From the IMG/VR virus record IMGVR_UViG_3300020044_011154, positions 1 through 27,980 of that record: a stretch of 27,980 nucleotides of DNA; one strand, given 5' to 3'. This document shows positions 1 to 7,882 of this stretch, one piece after another (within the stretch, counting starts at the first letter, position 1; the number at the start of each line of letters is the position of its first letter). This DNA comes from a virus. Its lineage: Duplodnaviria; Caudoviricetes. The notes below the pieces were generated by a model. The model saw only the letters and a program-made list of their open reading frames with translations. It did no database searches and was not told the origin of the DNA. The position numbers and the translations under genes are program-made.

Positions 1-42
1 TTAGCGAAAACAACTAAGCCGTTTAAACGACGAGTAGTGTAA
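1..42 (+). CDS. 3' end of an upstream gene (partial)
   Basis: Frame 1 is open from the window edge (LAKTTKPFKRRVV) to TAA at 40-42 and is followed directly by a terminator-like hairpin. Confidence 0.35.
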   Translation, partial: LAKTTKPFKRRVV

Positions 43-47
43 ATTTA

Positions 48-81
48 AAAAGCGGCTCTTACCCGGGCCGCTTTTCTTTTT
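48..81 (+). terminator. Intrinsic terminator (possibly bidirectional)
   Basis: Stem AAAAGCGGCTC (48-58) / GGGCCGCTTTT (65-75), 6-nt loop, followed by CTTTTT; A-tract on the 5' side. Confidence 0.7.
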
Positions 82-96
82 CCCCAAGGTAGGTAA

Positions 97-855
97 ATGA
101 ACCCCCTCAAACCGCTCGTTAAAATAGCCCCGGCTCCCCCACTTCTAAAACCCCCTCCAATCGCCGGGGCGGTGCATAAGAAGATGCAAGAATGGCAGTC
201 GGCTGGCGTAAGGCAGAAGCCGGAGACTTGCAAGCTATGCGCTTACAATTTTGTAGGCTCGGCTTTCGTCCCGGACCACTTTCCAGCCGCGCCGAACATC
301 GCCTACGTCTTTTCTCATCCGCGGAAGGACGATTGTCAGGAGCAACGGCCTTTGTCGGGTCCGTTTGGAGACGTCCTCCGAAAGTTGCTGATTACTGATC
401 TGGGTAGGTCGGAGGACGAAGTCGCTCTCTGTCACACAATCCGGTGTATGCCTCGGCGAATGAATACAAGAAATGGACCTCGCTACGTTTATCCGACAGG
501 GACTCAACAGAGTGCGGCGGAGCGAAATTGCAGGCAGTTCGATAATTCGGCGTTTAAAAACGGGCTATTGGATAACGGCGGGTTAATCGACTGGACACCG
601 ACTCTTTTTCTTGTTACGCTGGATGTGGACACAGTCCTTGAAGTGGGGGCGTTCAAGTACATCATTCAACGTGATGTCGAAAAGGCTTGGCGTTTCGTCG
701 ACCGCGGTGAGAGAGTCACAGTTCTCTTCGGGTCCGAAGTCCTCTCCATCGTAGCTGGGCATCTGAAAGGTGGTTCGAAGAGATGGCGCGGAAGTTGGTG
801 GACGACAGATGGCTGGCCGTTCGAGGCTCGGATTCGGAAAGAAGGGTTCAGGTAG
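97..855 (+). CDS. Family-4 uracil-DNA glycosylase-like protein (SPO1 polymerase N-terminal-like), catalytic motifs degenerate
   Basis: CKLC...FVP...IAYVFSHPRKDD..EQRPLSGPFGDVL..LL...LG....V.LCHTIRCMP...ERNC parallels UDG4 CxxC...GEAPG..ED..G.PFVG.AG.LL...YITN.VKC.P...C. The four putative Fe-S cysteines are retained. Confidence 0.75.
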   Translation: MNPLKPLVKIAPAPPLLKPPPIAGAVHKKMQEWQSAGVRQKPETCKLCAYNFVGSAFVPDHFPAAPNIAYVFSHPRKDDCQEQRPLSGPFGDVLRKLLITDLGRSEDEVALCHTIRCMPRRMNTRNGPRYVYPTGTQQSAAERNCRQFDNSAFKNGLLDNGGLIDWTPTLFLVTLDVDTVLEVGAFKYIIQRDVEKAWRFVDRGERVTVLFGSEVLSIVAGHLKGGSKRWRGSWWTTDGWPFEARIRKEGFR

Positions 856-3800
856 ATGGGATCGAGAAAACTTTCGTTAATCAACCAAGATAACGCGCCG
901 GTTCAGTTATCGCTTCTTGATCTCCCCGGGACTTCTGTAAGGGGATTAGAAGAGTCCTTTTTCCCCAAAATAGTTCACGACACGGCTGGATTCAAGGAAG
1001 TTTTGCGCCGCTCAGAAAAACTCGGGCTGCTCGCTTTGGATTACGAGTTCCGGAATTATCACTCGCCGACCATTACGGGAATAGCGGTACGGGATCTGGC
1101 GTATGGCGGACGGTATGATCGAACTTTGCACTCGTACATTAAAGATGCAGCCCGTTCCGGAATTCGCTTAGTCGCACATTCTGGTTTCGGTGCAGATAAG
1201 CCTGTTTTCGATGCTGTCGAAGGCTTCGACTCCCCGCTAGAATGGTGGGATGATTCGATGCTCATTCACTGGTTCGAGAATTCGCATTTAACGAAAGCTC
1301 CCGGCAAGGAGGAGTCCGACGACTCCGGCGCGATGGGCTTCATGGATCTTTACACCGCCGCCTCTCTCGTCGTCGATATTCCGAACTGGAAGGAGTGTCG
1401 AGGTTCTGCCTGCCACGGCCCTTGTCCGCACCACGAGCCTTTTGCCTACTGCGCCGTCGACGCCTGGGCTGGGTTAGAAGTCTTCCTAGTCAACCGCGAG
1501 CGGTTGTTGAAGCGCGGCTTCAACTGGAAGACGTATGAGTTGCGGGCGGAACTCGCGCACTACCTCCACAAAATGGAATCGCGGGGAGTTAAAATCGACC
1601 GGCAGTTTGTAGCGAAGTTTTCCGAGAACCTTGAAACTCTTCGCGAAGGTCTATTCCCCGCAGGCGACGACGGTGAGCCGGTTCCGTTTAACCCCCGGTC
1701 GTCGCAACAAGTCGAGGCTTGGTTCAAACAGCGGAAAATCGCGCTAAAGTCGAACCAAAAGAATGATATCCGGAAGGCTTTGGAGGTTACGGCGGCGAGG
1801 TTTGGGTTCGCATCAATTGATGACCTCGATCAAGCGGATAGCTTGCCAGAAGTCCTATCAGCACTCCACAGGCTCGATCAATACAAAGGATCTGGAAAAA
1901 ATGTCGATTCCTGGTTCGATGAGAAATATTTCGACAAGGAAAGTTGTGTGCATCCTCGGTTTATTTATGTGGGTACATCGACCGGACGTCTATCGTCTTC
2001 GCGTCCGAACTGTTTTTCTGGCGATACGGAGGTTTTAACTCGCTCCGGGTGGATGTCCTTCGAAGATGCGGTTCAGTCGAAGCCGGAAGTTGCGACGTTT
2101 GACCCGAAGACGTATGCAATTCACTTCGAGGAGCCAGAAAGCTGGGTTTCGGTTGCGGGGCCTAATAAGATGGTTCATTTGTATAACGCACAGGTCGACT
2201 TGTGTGTGACAGAAGACCACGATTGTCTTGTGCGGCATCGGCGAACTGGGGAGTTTTATACTCGCAAGGCGGCGGTTTATCCGTCAGAGGTTGAGCAAGT
2301 GCAGGCGGGGCAGTATGTTGGCGGGCAAGGCGCTGTAGATAGCGATGCGATGATTCGTTTTCTTGTCGCGACTCAGGCGGATGGGTACTTCTCAGGCGGA
2401 AGCACAATAACTTTTGGCTTTACGAAAGCTCGAAAGATTCTCCGCTTAGAGGAGATCCTGAAAGAACTCGACTGCCCTTACACAAAACGGTTTAAGAAGC
2501 CGGGGGTGACGGTTTTCTATCTCCCGAAGTCTGCTGTTACGGAGAGGGTGTTAGTGTACTTGACGGCGGATAAGAGATTCGGACCCTGGCTTCTGAATTT
2601 CACAGCGGCTCAGTTGAAGTTGTTCGCGGAAGAATGTTTTTACTGGGACGGCTCGGGGCTAAGTTATTGCTCGGTTGTCCGGGAAAATGCCGAGTGGTTG
2701 CAGATTGCCTTTGCGTTGACAGGCAGACGTTGCAGTTTCACAATTACGCCGCGCCGGTTTCCTCGGCAAACGATGCATAAAATTGGCGTTGCTTTAGATC
2801 GAGACTTCACAAACATGACGATTCGAGAGAAGGATCATTATGTTTCGACTGAGACGGTTCATTGCTGTAAGGTCTCAACGGGGTGTATCGTCATTCGGCG
2901 GAAGGGAAAAATTTCGATAACCCACCAGTGTCAGAACATTCCGTCGCGCGGGTGGGGATCTTTGGTGAAAGCGGCAATTGTTCCGCACGATCCAGACTTC
3001 GACATCATCGACGCCGACCTTGGGCAGTTGGAGCTTCGCGACGTTCTTTACCAAGCCGGTTTTGACATCGGCGCGATAAAAGGAGACGCTCTTCAGTTCA
3101 TCGTCGAACAAGGTGGCGACCGCTTCGACCGTGCGGCTCAGATAGCCGGGGGTGAGGCTCGGGATATCGTTAAAACCGTCGTCTACGGCGGGCAGTACGG
3201 GGAGGGTTTGCAGATATACACCGGCGCTGACCTTATGAGGCCCACCACGCAACGAGAAATCGCCGCGGGGGCTATTCGGCTATACACGCCGCAGTACGTG
3301 CCGTGGTTGACGAAGGCGTGGGAGTACGGGGGTGGGATTGTGGGGTTTACTGGGGCGAATCTAGCAGAACGTCTTTTCGGCGACAAGTCCTGGGAGTCAC
3401 GAAAGAAAGCCCTGGAGATTCAAGACGACCTCATCTTCGGCGGCGACCTCCGGATAATCCGCGAATGGCAGATTAAGACGCTCGACGAAATCGAATCGAA
3501 AGGTTACGTCGATCTTCCGAACACCCAATTCCTGCGTTTAAACGGCTCCCCCCGGGACAACGCCAAAGTCGGGCTCGCCTTTAAAGGACAAGGACTCGGA
3601 GCCGTTCACGCCCAGGCCACTATGCTCGCTTGTATCCGCGAAAATAAAACTCTCCCCCTCTTGCAAGTACACGACTCTTTGGTGTATGCTGTGAACAGAA
3701 GCTGGTCGGACAGAAAGGTCCGCGAGTTCATCGCCCCGATGTTCGGAGAAACTTCCGTGTTACCCGGGTTTAAAGCCCCGGGGAAGGTTAAGCGGGGGGC

Positions 3801-3894
3801 TAACTACGGCGGGTTCGATGCGAAGTTAAATCCTGGAGGTTTGAAGATGATTTGGAATTCGGCGAAGGAACATGTGGATGGGAGTTTGGTATGA
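856..3894 (+). CDS. polA: Family A DNA polymerase (3'-5' exonuclease + polymerase) precursor containing an intein; about 706 aa after splicing
   Basis: ExoI LALDYE, ExoII HSGFGAD, ExoIII YCAVDA; TGRLSSSRPN|CQNIP; motif A DADLGQLELR; motif B RDIVKTVVYGGQYG; motif C LQVHDSL. Confidence 0.95.
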   Translation: MGSRKLSLINQDNAPVQLSLLDLPGTSVRGLEESFFPKIVHDTAGFKEVLRRSEKLGLLALDYEFRNYHSPTITGIAVRDLAYGGRYDRTLHSYIKDAARSGIRLVAHSGFGADKPVFDAVEGFDSPLEWWDDSMLIHWFENSHLTKAPGKEESDDSGAMGFMDLYTAASLVVDIPNWKECRGSACHGPCPHHEPFAYCAVDAWAGLEVFLVNRERLLKRGFNWKTYELRAELAHYLHKMESRGVKIDRQFVAKFSENLETLREGLFPAGDDGEPVPFNPRSSQQVEAWFKQRKIALKSNQKNDIRKALEVTAARFGFASIDDLDQADSLPEVLSALHRLDQYKGSGKNVDSWFDEKYFDKESCVHPRFIYVGTSTGRLSSSRPNCFSGDTEVLTRSGWMSFEDAVQSKPEVATFDPKTYAIHFEEPESWVSVAGPNKMVHLYNAQVDLCVTEDHDCLVRHRRTGEFYTRKAAVYPSEVEQVQAGQYVGGQGAVDSDAMIRFLVATQADGYFSGGSTITFGFTKARKILRLEEILKELDCPYTKRFKKPGVTVFYLPKSAVTERVLVYLTADKRFGPWLLNFTAAQLKLFAEECFYWDGSGLSYCSVVRENAEWLQIAFALTGRRCSFTITPRRFPRQTMHKIGVALDRDFTNMTIREKDHYVSTETVHCCKVSTGCIVIRRKGKISITHQCQNIPSRGWGSLVKAAIVPHDPDFDIIDADLGQLELRDVLYQAGFDIGAIKGDALQFIVEQGGDRFDRAAQIAGGEARDIVKTVVYGGQYGEGLQIYTGADLMRPTTQREIAAGAIRLYTPQYVPWLTKAWEYGGGIVGFTGANLAERLFGDKSWESRKKALEIQDDLIFGGDLRIIREWQIKTLDEIESKGYVDLPNTQFLRLNGSPRDNAKVGLAFKGQGLGAVHAQATMLACIRENKTLPLLQVHDSLVYAVNRSWSDRKVREFIAPMFGETSVLPGFKAPGKVKRGANYGGFDAKLNPGGLKMIWNSAKEHVDGSLV
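2011..2928 (+). mobile_element. Intein (306 aa) with LAGLIDADG homing-endonuclease domain, in polA
   Basis: Block A CFSGDTEVLT; block B VTEDH; LAGLIDADG-like FLVATQADG and FAEECFYWDG; ends ISITHQ followed by +1 Cys. Removal restores TGRLSSSRPN-CQNIP (cf. canonical PNLQNIP). Confidence 0.93.
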
Positions 3895-3980
3895 CACCCC
3901 TCGGTTTAATAGCCGCGGTGTTAATCCTCATCCTGGTAGCGATTGAACTAACTGACCGGGAACCGCGGAGGCCCGCGTGA
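3891..3980 (+). CDS. 29-aa single-transmembrane peptide (not in ORF track)
   Basis: MTPLGLIAAVLILILVAIELTDREPRRPA; its ATG overlaps the polA stop (ATGA). Confidence 0.55.
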   Translation: MTPLGLIAAVLILILVAIELTDREPRRPA

Positions 3981-4123
3981 TTATTCTCGGCCTCGTCTTC
4001 TTCATCACCTGGATCGCCATCCTCACCCAAGCCTTCGCCGTGAGCCGCGTTGAGATCGAATACGGCGTTTTAAAAACCCGCCTCGAAAAGTTAGAAAAGG
4101 AGCTTTCGCCTAATGGCAAGTAA
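3977..4123 (+). CDS. 48-aa membrane-anchored peptide with short coiled coil (not in ORF track)
   Basis: MIILGLVFFITWIAILTQAFAVSRVEIEYGVLKTRLEKLEKELSPNGK; its GTG overlaps the previous stop (GTGA) and its end overlaps the next gene start. Confidence 0.55.
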   Translation: MIILGLVFFITWIAILTQAFAVSRVEIEYGVLKTRLEKLEKELSPNGK

Positions 4124-4433
4124 TCAAAAACCGGCGTCTTCGAAGGACGTACAAGTCGCTATAAACAACGCCATCGCGCTTGTCATGGGGTCGGAGGAAG
4201 CTCCGCCGAAGGATAGGTTGCGGCGGTTAGCTCAGTACACCCGGGCCTTTTACGGCCCGATGAGGCAGACGTTGTTAGAAGAAGAACTACTCCGCCCTTC
4301 AGAAGCAGTTGTCATCCTGCTCTCCTGCGCGTTGTTGACGCACTCGGCGACTGTAGCAGCCGCGGATCGGAAGGTTCCGGCGGTTGAAGTGTTAAACGTG
4401 TTTTTTGCGGAGGGCGAAGAAGATGCGAGCTAA
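4113..4433 (+). CDS. Hypothetical protein, 106 aa
   Basis: AAGGAG upstream of the ATG; overlaps both neighbours in a tightly packed operon. Confidence 0.7.
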   Translation: MASNQKPASSKDVQVAINNAIALVMGSEEAPPKDRLRRLAQYTRAFYGPMRQTLLEEELLRPSEAVVILLSCALLTHSATVAAADRKVPAVEVLNVFFAEGEEDAS

Positions 4434-5226
4434 AAGATACTTTGTCTGTTCCGACTCCCACGTCCTCATGCAGAAGGGTAAGGTCGCTGGAATCGACCTC
4501 TTTACGAACAACGCAATTGTCAAGTTCATGGAGGACGAAGGCCCCTGGGATGGCTACATCCACGCCGGAGATAACTACGATCTGAATGTCATTTCGGATC
4601 ACAACAAAGGGAAGTTGAAGCTCGTGGAAGGGCAGCGACTTCTCGATGACTACCGTGCTGGAAACGCTGTCTTGGAGCAACACTACGCCGCGACCGGGAA
4701 GCCAGAAGACTTCTACCTCATCGAAGCGAACCATGAGTATCGTGAAGTTCGCTATCGCGAGGCGAAGCCGGAACTTGAAGGTTTCATCAACCTGGAGCTT
4801 CACATCCCGAAGTTTGTGAAGTACATCAAATACTGGAGTTCGAACGAGATTCTCCAGATCGGGAAGGCCACTTTTATCCACGGTATCGGATCGGGTCGAG
4901 GTCAGTGTGCCGCGGGTTTGCGCGACTATGGGACGAATGTCTTTATGGGCCACACGCACAGGCGCGAGCTTGTCTCCATGCGTCACCACGGGCCGGATTC
5001 GACGAAGATTGGCGAGAGTCTCCCGTGTTTGTGTGAGTATCGCCAGCCGTATTTGAAAGGTTCGCCGAGTTCCTGGCAGCAAGGATTCGCCGTTTTTCAA
5101 TTCTGGCCGTCGGGTGTGTTCAACTACACCGTGACGTCGGTGTTTAATCACAGCTTCTTTTCGCCGTCCGGGAAGTTTTACAACGGGCGGAAGATGCGAC
5201 CCGCGACTAAACTGGTGGTGATTTAA
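4423..5226 (+). CDS. Calcineurin-like metallophosphoesterase
   Basis: SDSH, GDNYD, ANHE (GNHE variant), FIHG and GHTH motifs in order. ATG 4423 follows GGAGGG and is preferred over TTG 4405. Confidence 0.88.
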   Translation: MRAKRYFVCSDSHVLMQKGKVAGIDLFTNNAIVKFMEDEGPWDGYIHAGDNYDLNVISDHNKGKLKLVEGQRLLDDYRAGNAVLEQHYAATGKPEDFYLIEANHEYREVRYREAKPELEGFINLELHIPKFVKYIKYWSSNEILQIGKATFIHGIGSGRGQCAAGLRDYGTNVFMGHTHRRELVSMRHHGPDSTKIGESLPCLCEYRQPYLKGSPSSWQQGFAVFQFWPSGVFNYTVTSVFNHSFFSPSGKFYNGRKMRPATKLVVI

Positions 5227-5810
5227 TGGCGAGGCCAATAACTCCAAACAAGTTCGGGGTCGACGAAGATGGCGATTACATGTTGCTCGACACTGGAGAG
5301 AAGGTCCGGATTGATGCTGATGATATTCCCCGGATCAAGTTAGTGAAATGGAAGCGGCACCTCGTCAAGAATTACGTGTACGTTCGGGCGATGTTATTCT
5401 CGGAGGAATATGGACGAGAGCGTGAAATTTTACTTCAGCGCTACTTGACAGAAGCCCCGTCTCATCTCTGGGCGGATCATCGAAATGGTGATACTCTCGA
5501 CAATCGGCGAAGAAACTTGCGTGTCTGTGCGCCCGCGGATAATAAGCGCAACCGAACAAAGATACCCGGCGGTACGAGTCAGTATAAAGGCGTTTTTCGC
5601 ACAATGTATAAACGCGAAGGTTGGAAGGCGAGTGTCCGGATTCGAAATCTAAAACCTGGGCAACACCCAGTTCGTGTGTCGCCGACTTTTCGCACTGAGC
5701 TAGAAGCTGCGCTCTGGTATGACAAGGTAGCTCGCGAGGAGCAAGGTGAGTTTGCTTGTGTAAATTTTGCGAAAGACGGAGAGCGTGGGGCGCTTTCCAG
5801 TGCGGGATAA
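5226..5810 (+). CDS. HNH-AP2 homing endonuclease
   Basis: HNH core DHRNGDTLDNRRRNLRVC...DN; AP2 domain SQYKGV...WKASVR...F.TELEAALWYD.VA...GEFA.VNF; TAATG coupling. Confidence 0.9.
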   Translation: MARPITPNKFGVDEDGDYMLLDTGEKVRIDADDIPRIKLVKWKRHLVKNYVYVRAMLFSEEYGREREILLQRYLTEAPSHLWADHRNGDTLDNRRRNLRVCAPADNKRNRTKIPGGTSQYKGVFRTMYKREGWKASVRIRNLKPGQHPVRVSPTFRTELEAALWYDKVAREEQGEFACVNFAKDGERGALSSAG

Positions 5811-5947
5811 TAAGGGCACACTGGAGTATGCCCGGCAAGCTCAGAAGCTCTGCGCTTCAGAGTACCTTCGTAGTGGGTGTCGAGGCGCGTGGTTAGGTGT
5901 CTTCGACTGGCAGTGTGAACAATTTTTAATCGAACAGGAGATGGAAA

Positions 5948-6415
5948 ATGGAAGACGTGAAGCAGGATGTGAAGCAGTGGCATCTGGAGGAAATCGCCAA
6001 GATGTACAAGAAAGCGATCTCAATAGTCCTCGAACGGACGAAGAAGTACGCGACGGAAGAAGATCCGTTTCTTAACTTCCGGCGAGGCGCGGCTTTCGCT
6101 AACACGACGGTTGAGCAGGGGATTATGACGCGGATTGGGGATAAGTTGTCGCGACTTCAGAACGCGCTGGAGCAGGATAATGACGGAGAGTTCTCCGACG
6201 AAGCCTTCGACGATACGATTATTGATCTGTGTAACTACTTCGTTATTCTCCGTAACTGGCGCGTTTTAAAAGCGGCGGAGCAGGAACTCGAAGCGCGGCA
6301 GTTAAATCTCTTCGCCGAAGAAGTGGTGGAAAACGAACCCCTCGACGAAGAACCCGGACCTGTCCGCCGCGCGATAAAAGGGCTTGCGTCCTCCCTCGGA
6401 GTCACGGTAGAGTAG
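5948..6415 (+). CDS. DUF1599 / nucleotide-modification-associated domain 1 (MazG-like fold) protein
   Basis: KKYA...DPFLNF...G.VEQGIMTRIGDKLSRL.N...DE.FDDT.IDLCNY.VI pattern; AGGAG upstream. Confidence 0.7.
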   Translation: MEDVKQDVKQWHLEEIAKMYKKAISIVLERTKKYATEEDPFLNFRRGAAFANTTVEQGIMTRIGDKLSRLQNALEQDNDGEFSDEAFDDTIIDLCNYFVILRNWRVLKAAEQELEARQLNLFAEEVVENEPLDEEPGPVRRAIKGLASSLGVTVE

Positions 6416-6419
6416 AGCC

Positions 6420-6938
6420 ATGACAACGAATGAACCAACGAGGGTGTGTCGGAATTGTTATGTGGACAAACCGTTAAGCGGGTACAGTTTGCTGTCCCGC
6501 GATCCGGAAGGTCGCCAAACGACTTGTAAAACATGCGCGTTGGATTACCAACGGTTTCGGCGCGCAAAGTTTCCAGAAAAGACGCGGCGGATTGCATTGA
6601 TCTCGGGTCTTCGGAATCATGAGAAGCGAAAAAGAACGCAATTGGCGTACCGTCAATCCGAACGCGGGCGACAAGCAGCTATCAATTCCACTCGACAGCG
6701 GCGAGCGAAACACCCGGAAAAAGTAAATGCGAGTAATGCGGTGGCGCGTGCAGTTCGACGCGGACTTCTGAAGAAGCAACCTTGTGAGGTTTGCGGGACG
6801 GAGATTCGGGTTGAAGCTCATCATCCGGATTACACAAAACCGCTAGAGGTAAAGTGGCTCTGTCGAGTTCACCATCGCGAGGAGCATTTGCGAGACGATT
6901 ATAAAAGGCGGCGCGACGAGATTTTTCAAACTGCGTAA
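6420..6938 (+). CDS. Zinc-finger HNH-like endonuclease
   Basis: N-terminal CRNC...CKTC; C-terminal CEVCG...EAHHPDY.KPLEV.WLCRVHH..EH. Confidence 0.8.
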   Translation: MTTNEPTRVCRNCYVDKPLSGYSLLSRDPEGRQTTCKTCALDYQRFRRAKFPEKTRRIALISGLRNHEKRKRTQLAYRQSERGRQAAINSTRQRRAKHPEKVNASNAVARAVRRGLLKKQPCEVCGTEIRVEAHHPDYTKPLEVKWLCRVHHREEHLRDDYKRRRDEIFQTA

Positions 6939-6949
6939 ACTTGTAACCT

Positions 6950-7882
6950 ATGACTCTCAAACCATTGTCGACGACCGCCCCGGCGGCGCGAACGACAAAG
7001 CCGGAGAGAGTGTACGATCTTCTTCAGCGCCCTATTGAAGGTATTCCTGCCTGGGTAGAGCCAGCGATTATCGTGAAGCAGGGCATTACCCTGTTCGGCG
7101 GTGAAAAGAAGATCGGTAAGTCTCTAATTCTAGGATCGTTAGCTCGCGCTTTGGTCTCCGGCGAGTCCCCCTTCCTAGCCCCGACTCTGTCAGTTCCGAA
7201 GAAATCCAGAGTATTGATAATAGACCAGGAGGTGGGTGAATACGGATTACAAACGAGAATGTCGCCGATGCTGGAGGATCTTCCGGTTGATATATACCGG
7301 GAAAGACTCTGGTTTGTATCGAAGGACATGGATCTAACGGTGGATACGTCGAAGGGGTTGGATATGATCCGCCGTCATATTGATGACGCGCAGCCGAATG
7401 TTCTTATACTCGATCCAATCGGAAAGCTCTTTTCTTGTGACGAGAATGATAACGTCGCTATCACGAAGATCGGACATAGTATGTATAGGCTGACAAAAGA
7501 GTATGCGGAACTCGGCCTCTCCATTGTTCTCGCGCATCACTTCGGAAAGCCGCCGAAGGGTAAGCAGAATTTGGAAGGTTATGACCCGCTGGACTTCAAC
7601 AACTTCCGTGGAGCCTCAGCCTGGACGGGTTTTCCGGATACACTAATCGCGTGTCACCGCGGAGATCGAATGGGGACGGCTCATCAGGCTTGGCGAATTG
7701 ACATGCGGATTCAGCCGAGACAGGGGGAGGAGCCCCCGGATATGCACCTAACGGTTAACGAGCATAAGGATCTCCGCGTCCGCTACGCCAGAACCGACAA
7801 GCGTTTCGTCCCCCGGCTGGATAAAGCCGACGTCGAACGCCCGCCGGTTGTTACGGAGCAGAAGGCTTTTGCTCTTGTGTAG
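6950..7882 (+). CDS. RecA-fold ATPase, RepA/AAA_25-type (SF4-like) DNA helicase
   Basis: Walker A GEKKIGKS, LIIDQE, Walker B LILDP, VLAHHFGK, FRGASA. Confidence 0.85.
   Translation: MTLKPLSTTAPAARTTKPERVYDLLQRPIEGIPAWVEPAIIVKQGITLFGGEKKIGKSLILGSLARALVSGESPFLAPTLSVPKKSRVLIIDQEVGEYGLQTRMSPMLEDLPVDIYRERLWFVSKDMDLTVDTSKGLDMIRRHIDDAQPNVLILDPIGKLFSCDENDNVAITKIGHSMYRLTKEYAELGLSIVLAHHFGKPPKGKQNLEGYDPLDFNNFRGASAWTGFPDTLIACHRGDRMGTAHQAWRIDMRIQPRQGEEPPDMHLTVNEHKDLRVRYARTDKRFVPRLDKADVERPPVVTEQKAFALV

Noticed and set aside
853-855. Genome-wide TAG reassignment (alternative genetic code)
   Set aside because: Genes are full-length under the standard code, and TAG is the apparent true stop of several genes (6415, 7882, 13596, 20174, 23847, 27449, 27472).
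4312-5247. 311-aa minus-strand ORF
   Set aside because: Antisense shadow of the motif-complete metallophosphoesterase; no recognisable motifs.
5767-6075. 102-aa plus-strand ORF bridging the HNH-AP2 and DUF1599-like genes
   Set aside because: Overlaps both neighbours substantially in another frame, with no motif or clear RBS; a short real gene in 5811-5947 cannot be excluded.
856-6415. 2-aminoadenine (Z-genome) system
   Set aside because: No purZ or datZ is recognisable in the window, and the polymerase cannot be assigned to DpoZ by eye.
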